Source: Candidatus Pacearchaeota archaeon
Lineage (GTDB): Archaea > Nanobdellota > Nanobdellia > Pacearchaeales > JAPDKA01
Assembly: GCA_038890875.1 (NCBI GenBank)
Contig: JAWAFA010000001.1
Coordinates: forward strand, 258,617 to 322,616
Reading direction: 5' to 3'
DNA: 64,000 bases
Every line of letters begins with the position of its first letter. Within the stretch, counting starts at the first letter, position 1. Below, one piece after another: positions 9,796 to 19,478 of the stretch. Below the pieces are notes generated by a model, which saw only the letters and a program-made list of their open reading frames with translations, was not told the origin of the DNA and did no database searches. The position numbers and the translations under genes were made by a program.

Positions 9796-10445
9796 TTTTT
9801 ATTCAATATAAGTTTACTTCTATTATAAATTAAAAGGTGTGGTTGAGTAGCCAGTATAAATTGTCCCTCTCCGACAAAAATTTCATCAAATGGATTTGAC
9901 TGAGCTAAAGGTGAATAAATTTCAAATTCTTGGCTTTGTTTGTTCCATTTCATCAAATATTTATGCAATGAGGCATTGAAATATTTTATTATGCTTGCAT
10001 TAAACTCGTAAGGCCAAGAGGGAGCATTCCAACCGGCATTCATACTTATTTCAAGATCACTGTTATTTGCTCCTCCAAAACCGATACTTGTCACATTATC
10101 AACTAATATAAAATAGGATTCATTTAAATTTGTTAAATTAAAAGGATTATCTAAAGCGCGCGGGCTATAAACTTGAAATTCTGTACCATTCCATTTAAGT
10201 ATATAACGAAAATTAGTTTGTTCATAGTTAAAAATCTCATTTATCGATCCAGTTTTGTTCGTACAAACTGAAACAAAATTCCATCCTGGAACAAGATCAG
10301 AACTGCATTTTGGAACAATAAAAAAAGAAAGCCAGCCATAAGCTACTGCCTTTGTCGTAATAATACTGGAAGTATCTAATGCACTAATTAAGGATAAATC
10401 AAGAAATAAGCATAAAGCAAAAGCAAATAAAAATTTTGATTTCAT
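9792..10445 (-). CDS. Secreted protein with an internal domain duplication.
   Basis: Signal peptide. Two homologous halves: YILKWNGTEFQVYSPRALDNPF vs YLMKWNKQSQEFEIYSPLAQSNPF. Translationally coupled (ATGA) to the upstream surface-protein gene. Confidence 0.45.
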   Translation of the reverse strand: MKSKFLFAFALCLFLDLSLISALDTSSIITTKAVAYGWLSFFIVPKCSSDLVPGWNFVSVCTNKTGSINEIFNYEQTNFRYILKWNGTEFQVYSPRALDNPFNLTNLNESYFILVDNVTSIGFGGANNSDLEISMNAGWNAPSWPYEFNASIIKYFNASLHKYLMKWNKQSQEFEIYSPLAQSNPFDEIFVGEGQFILATQPHLLIYNRSKLILNKK

Positions 10446-10909
10446 CTTTCTTCTTTATTTTCTTTTATTCTCCTTTCTTTTGGTGTATAATTTAAAATTT
10501 TTATATATTTATTTTTTTTAATAAGTCCACATCCTAAAAAATCATTATTATGTTTTAAAACAATAAAACCTTCCTCTTTTGCTTCTTTCTTTTCTTTTTT
10601 TAAACTTAAACCTTGCATCCATTTCGCAAATTCATCATCATTGATGCTAATAAACTTTTTTATCTGAGTTGCGAAGAGTTGTGTAGCATCAAAACTTAAT
10701 CTAAACCCGCCATGCTCAAGCTTGCCAAGATAAAATCCAGCTCGTATAGCTAAAGGTAAAAAGTTTACACTTTCTCTTGGTGCGATAAAAATTTTTTTCT
10801 CAGCTCTTAAAAATACAAAATTAGGAGAAATTTTAATTCCATATTCCGCAAGAAAATTAACAATCTGTTTTTCTTCTTTTTTTCCAATAATTTTAAATTT
10901 TATTCTCAT
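10442..10909 (-). CDS. PUA-domain protein (Nip7-like). Likely partner of the adjacent NOP2/Sun RNA methyltransferase.
   Basis: C-terminal GFIVLKHNNDFLGCGL resembles the PUA G-x-V-x-V...LG-x-G pattern. Gene is adjacent to and co-oriented with the nop2/sun gene, which is a known archaeal neighbourhood. Confidence 0.4.
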   Translation of the reverse strand: MRIKFKIIGKKEEKQIVNFLAEYGIKISPNFVFLRAEKKIFIAPRESVNFLPLAIRAGFYLGKLEHGGFRLSFDATQLFATQIKKFISINDDEFAKWMQGLSLKKEKKEAKEEGFIVLKHNNDFLGCGLIKKNKYIKILNYTPKERRIKENKEER

Positions 10910-10914
10910 GTTTT

Positions 10915-11919
10915 TTATTTTTCAAGTTTTAGTTTTGCAATGAAAAAACCTTCGCTATTAAAATCTTGGGGCATAATTCTTACTGCTTTTTTTAATTCTT
11001 TATTATAACTTTTTCCTTCCCATTCGCAAATACCTTGCCTTGTTGGAATTTTTAATTTTATTTTTTCAATTTTCAAAGGAAATCTTTTTAGCACGTAATC
11101 AATAACTCCCTCATTTTCTTCATGACTTAAAGTGCATGTTGAATAGACAAGAATGTTATCGTTTCTTAAAAGAGGTATTATATTCATAAGAATTTTTTTC
11201 TGAATCCAACTAAGCCGTCTTATAGTTTTTAAATTCCAGGTTTTAAAAAGCGCAATATTTTTTCTTATTGCTCCTTCATTGCTACATGGGACATCGGCTA
11301 AGATATAGTCAAAAGTTTTTTGTCTAATTTCTTTTGCAAGCTTTTTAATGGGCATTATTGTAACTAATGTATTGATTACTCCGCATCTTTGTAAATTACT
11401 CGCTAAAGCTATTCCTCTCTCCCAATTTGCATCATTAGCTATCATCAAGCCAGTATTTTTCATTAAAGCAGCTAGATGTGTTGTCTTTGATCCAGGAGCT
11501 GCACAGCAATCAAGAACAAGTGAGTACTCGGATGGCATTAACACTTTTGCAGGAAGCATTGAACTAAGCGATTGTGCATAATAATAGCCAAGCAAATGCT
11601 CAGGAGCATTTCCAAGCTCTCCAGAAGTAAGCTGCGTTTTTATTACAAAAGCCTCCTCTAAACCATATTTTTGCATTTGCTCAATATCCCATTTTTCTTC
11701 AAGTCGCGCTTTCAGTTTTTCAATAGAAATTTTTAAAGTATTAGCTCTAATGCTAAATAACATTGGTTCATAACATTTATCAAAAAATTTTTCAATGTCA
11801 TTTTTATTTTTTAAAATTTTAGAAATGCGTAAAAAAAACTCAAGCTTTGGTTTATAATCTTTATTTTGATATTTTTCAAGAATTTTTTCATAAAGTTCAT
11901 TAGTTTTATCATTTATCAT
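10915..11919 (-). CDS. NOL1/NOP2/Sun-family RNA (cytosine-C5)-methyltransferase.
   Basis: Motifs GYYYAQSLSS, DCCAAPGSKT (SAM site), DVPCSNEG and YSTCTLSHEENE (catalytic Cys pair). Confidence 0.85.
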   Translation of the reverse strand: MINDKTNELYEKILEKYQNKDYKPKLEFFLRISKILKNKNDIEKFFDKCYEPMLFSIRANTLKISIEKLKARLEEKWDIEQMQKYGLEEAFVIKTQLTSGELGNAPEHLLGYYYAQSLSSMLPAKVLMPSEYSLVLDCCAAPGSKTTHLAALMKNTGLMIANDANWERGIALASNLQRCGVINTLVTIMPIKKLAKEIRQKTFDYILADVPCSNEGAIRKNIALFKTWNLKTIRRLSWIQKKILMNIIPLLRNDNILVYSTCTLSHEENEGVIDYVLKRFPLKIEKIKLKIPTRQGICEWEGKSYNKELKKAVRIMPQDFNSEGFFIAKLKLEK

Positions 11920-11976
11920 TTTCTTTATTTTCTTTCAATAAATTTAAATGTTTCTTAGGGAAAAGTATCAAAATTA

Positions 11977-14433
11977 TCAAAATTCGGAAAGCTTTTTTTG
12001 TTTTTTTATAATCTCCTCGCTTCCAAAATTAAAAACTGCAAAAATGCTTTCAACAGCAGGAATGATTTGATTATTTATATAGTAGTCAGCATCATATTCT
12101 TTGTCTTTCAACTCGTCAGGCATCTTAACTTTTTCTCTTATTCTTGCTTTTTTCTCTTTTGTTTCACAAACAATCCATTCAGCAAGGCTTCCTGGCCTTA
12201 CTGGAATCCCTCGTGCCCGCATCCTTTGCGCTATTTCAACATGGGGAGTAAAAGCTTCATAAGCTTCTACCTCTTTTTTTATCTGTGTTCTTATAATAAG
12301 CTTTTCAATTTCTACTTGCTTTTTCTTTAATTTTTCAATCACCTCTCTAACATATTCGAGCGCTTTCTCTGGTTTTTCTTCCTCAAGAATAATACGTAGC
12401 ACTTTGTCCTGAACCTCTTTTGCTAAGCTACACCAATCTCGTCTTACAGTTTCAAAGCCTCTAACTTTTAATTCATGTCTTTCATTTATTAATGCATATT
12501 TTTTCTTAGCTCCAATTTCTCCTTTTCTTGTTGTCACAAAAAGCCCTCTTAAATAAAAATCCTCTAGCTCAAGCTCCATTCCTTTTGGCAACTCAGCATT
12601 TACTCTTTTTAACCATTCCATTGTCTGGGCTTTTGTTTTGTCGTTTAATAGAACAGCAAGGCTATCCGTGTCAGCGTAAATAACATCAAAGCCAGCCTTT
12701 TTTGCTTTTTCAATCATTTCTTTTATGTGCCATCTTCCCAATGCTGTTATGCTAGCGGCGCATTCTCTGCTATAATATCTCGCCCCAAAAAAACCAAAGT
12801 AACCATAATGCGCATTTGCAAGTGTTTTTAGAGCAAGATCTCTTGCTTCGAGCAATGGACTAGGCTTAAGTTTTTTCTCCTGCTTCACTTTTTTCCTTGC
12901 TTCAATAAGATCTTTGAGTAGTAAAGGAATAAAACTTGGCTTTTCTTCAAAATAAAAATGCACTTTTTTTCTATCGAGCTCAAATTCAGGAGTAGCAAGA
13001 GCTGTTTTTTTTGTTGTAATTGTGGCAGGACTTATATTATAACTAACTATAATGCTAGGATAAAGGCTACGAAAATCGAAAACAGCGAGATTTTCATAAA
13101 AGCCAGGTTTTGGCTCAAGAACAAAAGCACCAGCATATTTCGGTAGCATTTTTCTTTTTGCAATAACATCTTGGAATGGCCTATGCTCAGCTATTTCATT
13201 AAAGCGCTTTAGTCCATGTATAATATAACTTTCTACAAGCTGGCTGAATGAACTACGAGTTACATTGAAAAGAGGTTCTTGAGCAATCTTTGCTAACTCA
13301 AAGAGTTGAGGCCATAGTTTATGGAAAAGCTTGTAAACAAGAATGCTATCTTGCAAGTTATAGAGGGCAAATTTTTCAAGCTCGCTATGCTTATCACTTT
13401 TAAGAGTTTCAAAGCTGACTTTTAACTTTTCTTCTCCGAGGAGCTGTGATGCAACTTCGTTAAGTGTTAATGTTTCCGTACGCAAAGATGGAGCAACAAA
13501 GTTTTCAATAAATCTAAAAAGATCTATGTGACAAATTCCTGCAATTTTTGCTGATGTAATCTTACCCCTTTGTAAAACAACTTCACTTCCGTCAAGACCA
13601 ATATTGAACCTTATCTTGTTTGCTTTCGCCCTTTCTTTTAAATAAGGCATATCAAAACCATCACTAAAATAACCAACAAGATAATCTGGTTTTTCAGCAT
13701 TTACAATTTCAATAAATCGTTTTATAAGTTCAGCTTCATCTCTTACAAACTCAATGCTTTTTTCCTTTGTAATAAACTTTTTCCATGTTAGAACTTTTTT
13801 TAGCTTATTCCCGACAATACTAATCATCATTATTTGCCCCTTACCTATTTCAAACTCACTCGCTTCGATATCAAAAGCAATAATTTTTGGTTCATACTCA
13901 TAGCGCTTTGTATTAAGTTTAATATTTTTTACAAATCCAATGATATCAGCCTTAATCGACGAAAGCTCAGAAGAGCTTTCGATTTCTATTTCAACATCAT
14001 ACCAAAAAAGCGGCTTAACATCTTTTTCTGTAATATAACGAGTAACAAAATTTATATCGTCTTCTTTATGCTCATGCTCAACACTTTCAGGAAATAATTT
14101 TATTTTATCTTTTATTGGTATTATATCTTTATGATTATAGACAAAAATCTGCAAAGCTTCAACGACCTTACCAATAAAATTTTTTTTTACAAGTAAAACA
14201 TCTTTAACTTTTACTTTCCTACCTGCATACTCAAAAGAAATATTTTTTATTTTTTCAATATATTTTTCAATTTGTGCCTTGCTTAAACTAGGTTTAAAGA
14301 ACTGATAATAATATTTCTCACAGTTATCAAGCAAGCAAACAACTTTGTTTCCACTTCTTCCCCAAAGCCTTATATAATCTTTCTCGCCAATATCAAAATA
14401 ATCTATGTCAGTTAAAAAAAACTCAAACTTCAT
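11977..14433 (-). CDS. polB: DNA polymerase, family B.
   Basis: Exo I (IIAFDIEA) and Exo II (LYNLQDSILVY) motifs. Polymerase motif C is IYADTDS (YGDTDS-type). 818 aa. Confidence 0.9.
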   Translation of the reverse strand: MKFEFFLTDIDYFDIGEKDYIRLWGRSGNKVVCLLDNCEKYYYQFFKPSLSKAQIEKYIEKIKNISFEYAGRKVKVKDVLLVKKNFIGKVVEALQIFVYNHKDIIPIKDKIKLFPESVEHEHKEDDINFVTRYITEKDVKPLFWYDVEIEIESSSELSSIKADIIGFVKNIKLNTKRYEYEPKIIAFDIEASEFEIGKGQIMMISIVGNKLKKVLTWKKFITKEKSIEFVRDEAELIKRFIEIVNAEKPDYLVGYFSDGFDMPYLKERAKANKIRFNIGLDGSEVVLQRGKITSAKIAGICHIDLFRFIENFVAPSLRTETLTLNEVASQLLGEEKLKVSFETLKSDKHSELEKFALYNLQDSILVYKLFHKLWPQLFELAKIAQEPLFNVTRSSFSQLVESYIIHGLKRFNEIAEHRPFQDVIAKRKMLPKYAGAFVLEPKPGFYENLAVFDFRSLYPSIIVSYNISPATITTKKTALATPEFELDRKKVHFYFEEKPSFIPLLLKDLIEARKKVKQEKKLKPSPLLEARDLALKTLANAHYGYFGFFGARYYSRECAASITALGRWHIKEMIEKAKKAGFDVIYADTDSLAVLLNDKTKAQTMEWLKRVNAELPKGMELELEDFYLRGLFVTTRKGEIGAKKKYALINERHELKVRGFETVRRDWCSLAKEVQDKVLRIILEEEKPEKALEYVREVIEKLKKKQVEIEKLIIRTQIKKEVEAYEAFTPHVEIAQRMRARGIPVRPGSLAEWIVCETKEKKARIREKVKMPDELKDKEYDADYYINNQIIPAVESIFAVFNFGSEEIIKKQKKLSEF

Positions 14434-14574
14434 GAAATTATAGGGTTTGATTTTTTAAATATTTTTGATCCAATTAAACTCAAAGTAGCGCAAAAACTTA
14501 CCTTTAGCTTATCAAATTCGCTTAAATCGACTTCTCATTTGCTCGATTAAAACTTCTAAAACTTGCAAAATTAA

Positions 14575-14595
14575 AAACCAAAAAAATATAAAAAT
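14575..14595 (+). promoter_or_regulatory. Putative archaeal TATA box (AAAAATATAAAAAT) about 25 nt upstream of the fen ATG. This fits a leaderless transcript in the divergent polB/fen intergenic region.
   Basis: A/T-rich TATA-like octamer preceded by a purine-rich BRE-like stretch. Its spacing to the ATG at 14615 is typical for archaeal leaderless mRNAs. Confidence 0.3.
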
Positions 14596-14614
14596 CACGG
14601 GCTTGTTAAGAATA

Positions 14615-15643
14615 ATGGGCGTTGACATAGGCAAAATTGTGCCAAAGCACGAGATAAGTCTTGATGATTTGAAAGGTAAGATAATAGCCATTGATGCCTA
14701 CAATTCATTGTATCAATTTTTAACTACAATAAGACAACCAGACGGTAGCTTACTGACAGATAGGCAAGGCAATATCACTAGTCATCTTAGTGGACTTTAT
14801 TATCGAACAATGAACTTACTTTACAAAAATATAAAGCCAATCTACATCTTTGATGGTAAGAGCCCTGAACAAAAATATAGCGAGAAAGAAAAACGAGAGA
14901 GAATAAAGCAAGAAGCAAGTAGAAAGTATGTAGAGGCAAAAGAAAAAGGAGAAATTGAGGAAGCGGCGAAATATGCAAAAATGACAGCAAAGCTAACGAG
15001 TGACATGGTTGAAGAAGCAAAAAAATTAATCGAGGCCATGGGGCTATGTTATGTCCAAGCGCCAAGTGAGGGAGAAGCACAAGCAGCATTCATGACCAGA
15101 AAAGATAAATCAATTTATGCTGTCGCTAGTCAAGATTATGATTCACTTATTTTTGGTGCAACGAGGCTTATACTAAATTTAACACTAGCAAAGAAACGCA
15201 AGCTGGCAAGTGGTGCTGTTGTACAGGTAAATCCTCAACTTGTTATGCTCGATGAAGTGCTTAATAATCTTCACATTGATTATGATATGCTTGTTTCTCT
15301 TGCTATACTTATAGGCACAGATTTTAATGCTGGTGTGAAAGGGATAGGTCCAATAAAAGGTTTAAAGCTAATAAGACAGTTTAAAAATCCTTATGAGCTT
15401 TTTAAATGGGTAGAAAAAAATTTTACCATAGATTTTGATTGGCAAGAAATCTTTCAAATTTTTAAAAAACCGAATGTAAAAAAAGATTTTACTTATTCCT
15501 TTGGAAAGCCAAATAAACAAAAATTAATAGAGTTGTTATGTAACAAGCATGATTTTTCAGAAGAGCGCGTTATTTCTGCTTTTGAAAAACTAGAGAAAGA
15601 AAAAGAAAAGTCTAGCCAGGAAAGCCTCGGAAAATTTCTGTAG
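14615..15643 (+). CDS. fen: Flap endonuclease 1 (FEN-1).
   Basis: N-terminus MGVDIGKIV...IAIDAYNSLYQFL (XPG-N) and the I-domain ...GTDFN... The ORF track starts at an upstream TTG; the ATG at 14615 gives the canonical MGV start. Confidence 0.9.
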   Translation: MGVDIGKIVPKHEISLDDLKGKIIAIDAYNSLYQFLTTIRQPDGSLLTDRQGNITSHLSGLYYRTMNLLYKNIKPIYIFDGKSPEQKYSEKEKRERIKQEASRKYVEAKEKGEIEEAAKYAKMTAKLTSDMVEEAKKLIEAMGLCYVQAPSEGEAQAAFMTRKDKSIYAVASQDYDSLIFGATRLILNLTLAKKRKLASGAVVQVNPQLVMLDEVLNNLHIDYDMLVSLAILIGTDFNAGVKGIGPIKGLKLIRQFKNPYELFKWVEKNFTIDFDWQEIFQIFKKPNVKKDFTYSFGKPNKQKLIELLCNKHDFSEERVISAFEKLEKEKEKSSQESLGKFL

Positions 15644-15644
15644 A

Positions 15645-16706
15645 ATGGCAATTATAATGCATATTGACATGGATGCCTTCTTTGCATCTATCGAAGAAAG
15701 AGAGCATAAATTGCATGGAGTTCCAGTAATTGTAGGTGCTCCTCCAAAAAATGGCAAAGGTAGAGGTGTTGTTAGTACAGCTAATTATGAAGCGAGAAAA
15801 TATGGCATAAAGTCTGGAATGTCGATAGCTAAGGCATGGAAACTTTGTAAACATGCTGTTTTTTTGCAACCAAGATTTGAACTTTATGAAAAAGAAAGCG
15901 AAAAAATAATGAAAATAATTAAAAATTATAGTGATGCTTTTGAACAAGTTAGTATTGATGAGGCTTTTATTGATGTAAGTAAGAGATGCAAAAATTTTGA
16001 AGAAGCAAAGGCGATGGCATATCTTATAAAAAATAAGATTTTCGAGGCTACTGGATTAACTTGTAGTGTTGGGATAGCAAATAACAAGTTGCTTGCTAAA
16101 ATTGCAAGCAGTATGAAAAAGCCAGATGGTCTGACTATAATAGAGAACAATGGAAAATTTTTAGCTAAGCTTAAACCTGATAAAATTCCTGGAATAGGGA
16201 AAAAAACAAAAGTATACTTGAGAAAACTTGGAATAAAAACAATTGGAGATATGCAAAAGAAAGACAGCTTTTGGTTTCTTGAAAATTTTGGTAAAATGGG
16301 AATTTATTATCACAATGCAGCTTTTGGTATAGACAAGAGCAAAGTTGGTGAAAAGTATGAAATAAAATCAGTAGGAAAAGAAATAACATTTGAGCATGAT
16401 ACTCTTGATAGGGAATTTATTTTTTTCAACCTTTCACAACTCTGCAAAAAGGTTTGGCAAGAACTAAAAAAAGAAAAAATTTATTTCAAGACAATAGAGT
16501 TAAAAGTTAGGTATAGTAACTTTGAAACGCACACTCATGAGCAGAGTTTCATTGTACCAATTGATAATCTAGGCATATTTAAAGAAAAAGCAAAAATGAT
16601 GCTTGCTCCATTATTAATAAGACCAATTAGACTAATTGGAATTCGTGCAAAAAATTTTATTAAAGAAAAACAATTAAAGTTACATAGCATAAATCATTTA
16701 TTCTAA
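15645..16706 (+). CDS. dinB: Y-family DNA polymerase IV (Dpo4/DinB-like).
   Basis: N-terminus IMHIDMDAFFASIEEREHKLHGVPVIVG (the DxD...FFA...E signature of Y-family polymerases). 353 aa. Confidence 0.85.
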   Translation: MAIIMHIDMDAFFASIEEREHKLHGVPVIVGAPPKNGKGRGVVSTANYEARKYGIKSGMSIAKAWKLCKHAVFLQPRFELYEKESEKIMKIIKNYSDAFEQVSIDEAFIDVSKRCKNFEEAKAMAYLIKNKIFEATGLTCSVGIANNKLLAKIASSMKKPDGLTIIENNGKFLAKLKPDKIPGIGKKTKVYLRKLGIKTIGDMQKKDSFWFLENFGKMGIYYHNAAFGIDKSKVGEKYEIKSVGKEITFEHDTLDREFIFFNLSQLCKKVWQELKKEKIYFKTIELKVRYSNFETHTHEQSFIVPIDNLGIFKEKAKMMLAPLLIRPIRLIGIRAKNFIKEKQLKLHSINHLF

Positions 16707-16707
16707 A

Positions 16708-17502
16708 ATGTATGAACAAATCGGAAACATAGCAATAATTGATATCAAAAAAGCAGAGAAATTAAATTTAAAAAGACTTAAGAATCTTGCAAAAAAAATC
16801 CTTAGTAAACATATTAAGACAGTAATTTTAAAACAAAAAAAAATTAAAGGAAGATTTCGCAAAGCAAATTATAAGTTTCTGGCAGGAGAAAAATGCTTTG
16901 AAACATTCCACAAAGAGAATGGATGTATTTTTAAATTAAATATCAAAGATGTTTATTTTTCTTCCCGATTAGCATCAAATAGGTTATGGTTAGCAAAAAA
17001 AATTTTAGATTTAACAAAAAAAAAGAAAAGAAAAAAAATAAAAATATTAGTAGGCTTTGCAGGAGTTGGAGCATATGGAATTGTTATAGCTAGAGAACTT
17101 AAGTTAGCAGGAATAGATTTTGAGATGGCAATGGTAGAGATTAATAGAAAAGCAGTAGAGTATATGAAAGAAAACATTTTGCTGAACAAGCTCAATATAA
17201 AAATAATACAAGGAGATGTAAGAGAAGTTTTTCCTAAACTAAATAAATTTGATTTTATAATTATGCCAAGACCGCAACTTGCTTATGATTTTTTTAATGA
17301 ATGTTTTATCAATGCAAAAAAAGACAGCATTGTTTTTTATTTTGATTTTTTACTTGAACAAGAAATAGAGAAAAGAAGGCAAGAGCTTGAAAGCAAGGCA
17401 AAAGTGCTAGGAAAAAAAATAAAAATTCTGGAAATAAAGAAGGCTGGAGAAATTGGGGTTAGAAAATGGCGCGTTGTTGTTGTTTTTGAAATTAGTAACT
17501 AA
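16708..17502 (+). CDS. Met-10+/Trm5/Taw2-family class I SAM-dependent tRNA methyltransferase.
   Basis: IGNIAIID N-terminal region, SAM motif VGFAGVGAYGI (DxFAGxGxF-type) and a downstream IMPRP segment (NLP-loop-like). Confidence 0.5.
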   Translation: MYEQIGNIAIIDIKKAEKLNLKRLKNLAKKILSKHIKTVILKQKKIKGRFRKANYKFLAGEKCFETFHKENGCIFKLNIKDVYFSSRLASNRLWLAKKILDLTKKKKRKKIKILVGFAGVGAYGIVIARELKLAGIDFEMAMVEINRKAVEYMKENILLNKLNIKIIQGDVREVFPKLNKFDFIIMPRPQLAYDFFNECFINAKKDSIVFYFDFLLEQEIEKRRQELESKAKVLGKKIKILEIKKAGEIGVRKWRVVVVFEISN

Positions 17503-17529
17503 TTCACGACTAATTTTAGTCTAATTTTT

Positions 17530-18645
17530 TTAGTGATAGTTAATTTTTATATCCTCTGGTTTTACCCCTTTAATTTCTATAGTTATGTTTCCGTATTTTA
17601 TTTTAAAAGTTTCATCGGTTTTGTTTTCAATTTTTGTTTCTATTTCTTTTATTTCCACTTTTTCTTGCTTAACCTCTTTTTTCCTTTCTCTTTTTTCTAA
17701 TGTTTGTTCTTTTTTCTTGTTAATCTTTTCAAGTGTTGTTTTTATTTCATCAAGTGAGGAGGCAATTTTTGAAATTTCAAATCCTTGTTTTTTAAGTCTC
17801 TCAAATTTTCTCTTGTAAATAGCTTCTACTTTTTCTTCAAGGGTAGCTTTTTCTCCAAGTTGACAATTTTTTGGTAGCAGAACTATTTGACCCTTTTTAA
17901 GGTACCCTCTTGTTATTTGTGGGTTTAATCTATTAATGAGATGATTATTACAAACTTTTCTAAGATTATATAAATCATTATTCGAGCTAGCATAATAGAT
18001 TTTAGCTTCTGAGAAGATGTCTTTGTCAGTTATTCTTTCTTCAATTTTCTTACATGAGTGAATTGTTTTTAAAATATTATTTATATAATTTCTAATAGTC
18101 TCTACTTTGTTTAACTTTCCAACTTTATCCTCTCCAGCAACATAAGCTACTAAAGCATCTTCTAGCCTCCTATATTTTTCTATCAAATCTCTTATTTCTT
18201 CAACTCCGGCAATGATGCTGAATGGCGAGAATCTCCAATCTTCATAATAGTTAATATTTAAGCCATGCCTCCTTGCAGTTGACTTCATAAGTTGCATTAC
18301 TCCAGCAGCCCATTTTGGGGAAAGTGCATAAGGATTTCCTTTTGATTCAACAAGAATCACTGCGGCAATAGTGCAAAAGTCAATCCCAAAGACATCAGCT
18401 GCAAAATCAATTATTTTTTTATATTCCTCTATATTACTTACCGCATCAATATAGCTTGAATAACAACTATTATCATTACAATAACTTTCAACTTCATTCG
18501 CTACTATTTTCACAATTTTGTTCCCACCAATGAGCCCCCCTCCCTCTAATCCATCCCCTTTAAAACTAGAAACGTTTATATTAAGCAGTGAAGAGAGTAT
18601 AAGAGTAGATAACAACTTTTTGTTATTTTTTATAATTTTTATCAT
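17530..18645 (-). CDS. Secreted lytic transglycosylase (Slt/family-1 SLT domain) with a Lys/Glu-rich coiled-coil C-terminus.
   Basis: Signal peptide. SLT motif I is VILVESKGNPYALSPKWAAGVMQLM (ES-GNP-A-S-AGA-G-MQLM). The C-terminal ~90 aa are a KE-rich coiled coil. Confidence 0.7.
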   Translation of the reverse strand: MIKIIKNNKKLLSTLILSSLLNINVSSFKGDGLEGGGLIGGNKIVKIVANEVESYCNDNSCYSSYIDAVSNIEEYKKIIDFAADVFGIDFCTIAAVILVESKGNPYALSPKWAAGVMQLMKSTARRHGLNINYYEDWRFSPFSIIAGVEEIRDLIEKYRRLEDALVAYVAGEDKVGKLNKVETIRNYINNILKTIHSCKKIEERITDKDIFSEAKIYYASSNNDLYNLRKVCNNHLINRLNPQITRGYLKKGQIVLLPKNCQLGEKATLEEKVEAIYKRKFERLKKQGFEISKIASSLDEIKTTLEKINKKKEQTLEKRERKKEVKQEKVEIKEIETKIENKTDETFKIKYGNITIEIKGVKPEDIKINYH

Positions 18646-18824
18646 TTTGAAATGATATCATTAAGCTTTAAAAATCTTTCTTAAGATGGTACTGTTAATT
18701 TATTGTAGGCGATGATTCTAACAAACAAACCATAAAGCAGTGCCTTTGCGTATCTGATCTTAATTAATTCACAATAGGATAGTGTTCATAAAGTGACTTC
18801 ATCAAGAAATTTATAGCTTAAAAA

Positions 18825-19478
18825 TTATTTTTCAACTATAAACAGTTGTTTTTTCTTTAAAGCCCTTTCTATAATCTCTTTTTCCCTCTCGGTTACTATT
18901 GTATGATAAAAAATTGCATGTCCAAGGTTAACTGCCTTTCCTAAATTTTTAACATTTTTGAGGTATGCACTCGAAAGGTCTGCTCCCCAAAGGTCTGCTC
19001 CCCAAAGGTCTGCTCTCCAAAGGTATGCTCCCGAAAGGTCTGCTCCCGAAAGGCATGCTCTCCAAAGGTATGCTCCCGAAAGGTCTGCTCCCGAAAGGCA
19101 TGCTCTCCAAAGGTCTGCTCCCGAAAGGTCTGCTCCCAAAAGGTCTGCTCCCCAAAGGTTTGCTTCTTTTCCTCTAAAAAATGGTAAATAAAGATTTCTT
19201 GCCACAACACCTCGAAGCTTAGAATTATCCATGATTATAGGATCTAAATCAAGGTTAGCGTTTGTTAAATACTTTTGCAGTTCTTCAAAAGATTCATGAT
19301 CAGCAAGATTAAAACCTTCTTCTAATTCTATTCTAGAAAAATCCCTTTCTCCAGCTAAGATTTTTTTTACAAGTTCGTCTCCTTTCATTGGTATAAGTTG
19401 TGTTACCATATTAATTAAATAAAGATTAAGGTTTATAAATCTTTCGGTTCTTTGACTACTCTTAAGATACGACATCAA
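18825..19478 (-). CDS. Pentapeptide-repeat protein.
   Basis: About 17 consecutive A(D/N)L(S/W)GA pentapeptides (ANLWGADLLGADLSGADLWRACLSGADL...). Confidence 0.8.
   Translation of the reverse strand: MMSYLKSSQRTERFINLNLYLINMVTQLIPMKGDELVKKILAGERDFSRIELEEGFNLADHESFEELQKYLTNANLDLDPIIMDNSKLRGVVARNLYLPFFRGKEANLWGADLLGADLSGADLWRACLSGADLSGAYLWRACLSGADLSGAYLWRADLWGADLWGADLSSAYLKNVKNLGKAVNLGHAIFYHTIVTEREKEIIERALKKKQLFIVEK
18966..19170. repeat. Tandem ~15-bp direct repeat (aaaggtctgctcccc-type, ~13 copies) that encodes the pentapeptide repeats.
   Basis: Visible nucleotide periodicity of 15 bp with minor variants (ggtctgctcccc / ggcatgctctcc / ggtatgctcccg). It produces open frames in five of six frames, which are the ORF-track artefacts at 18941-19210. 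Confidence 0.8.

Noticed and set aside
11998-12330. Many 60-110-aa antisense or internal ORFs from the track (for example 507-710, 1485-1676, 2189-2377, 3661-3948, 11998-12330, 13834-14097, 14787-15089, 15612-15947, 23332-23790, 61306-61494).
   Set aside because: They lie wholly inside well-supported genes on the opposite strand or in alternative frames. Their composition is low-complexity (Phe/Leu/Ile/Ser-rich), as expected from the antisense of AT-rich coding DNA. None has conserved motifs.
18941-19210. Five overlapping ORFs (both strands) in the ORF track inside the pentapeptide-repeat gene.
   Set aside because: They are frame artefacts of the 15-bp tandem repeat. Only the 217-aa minus-strand frame has unique N- and C-terminal flanking domains and continues into non-repeat sequence.
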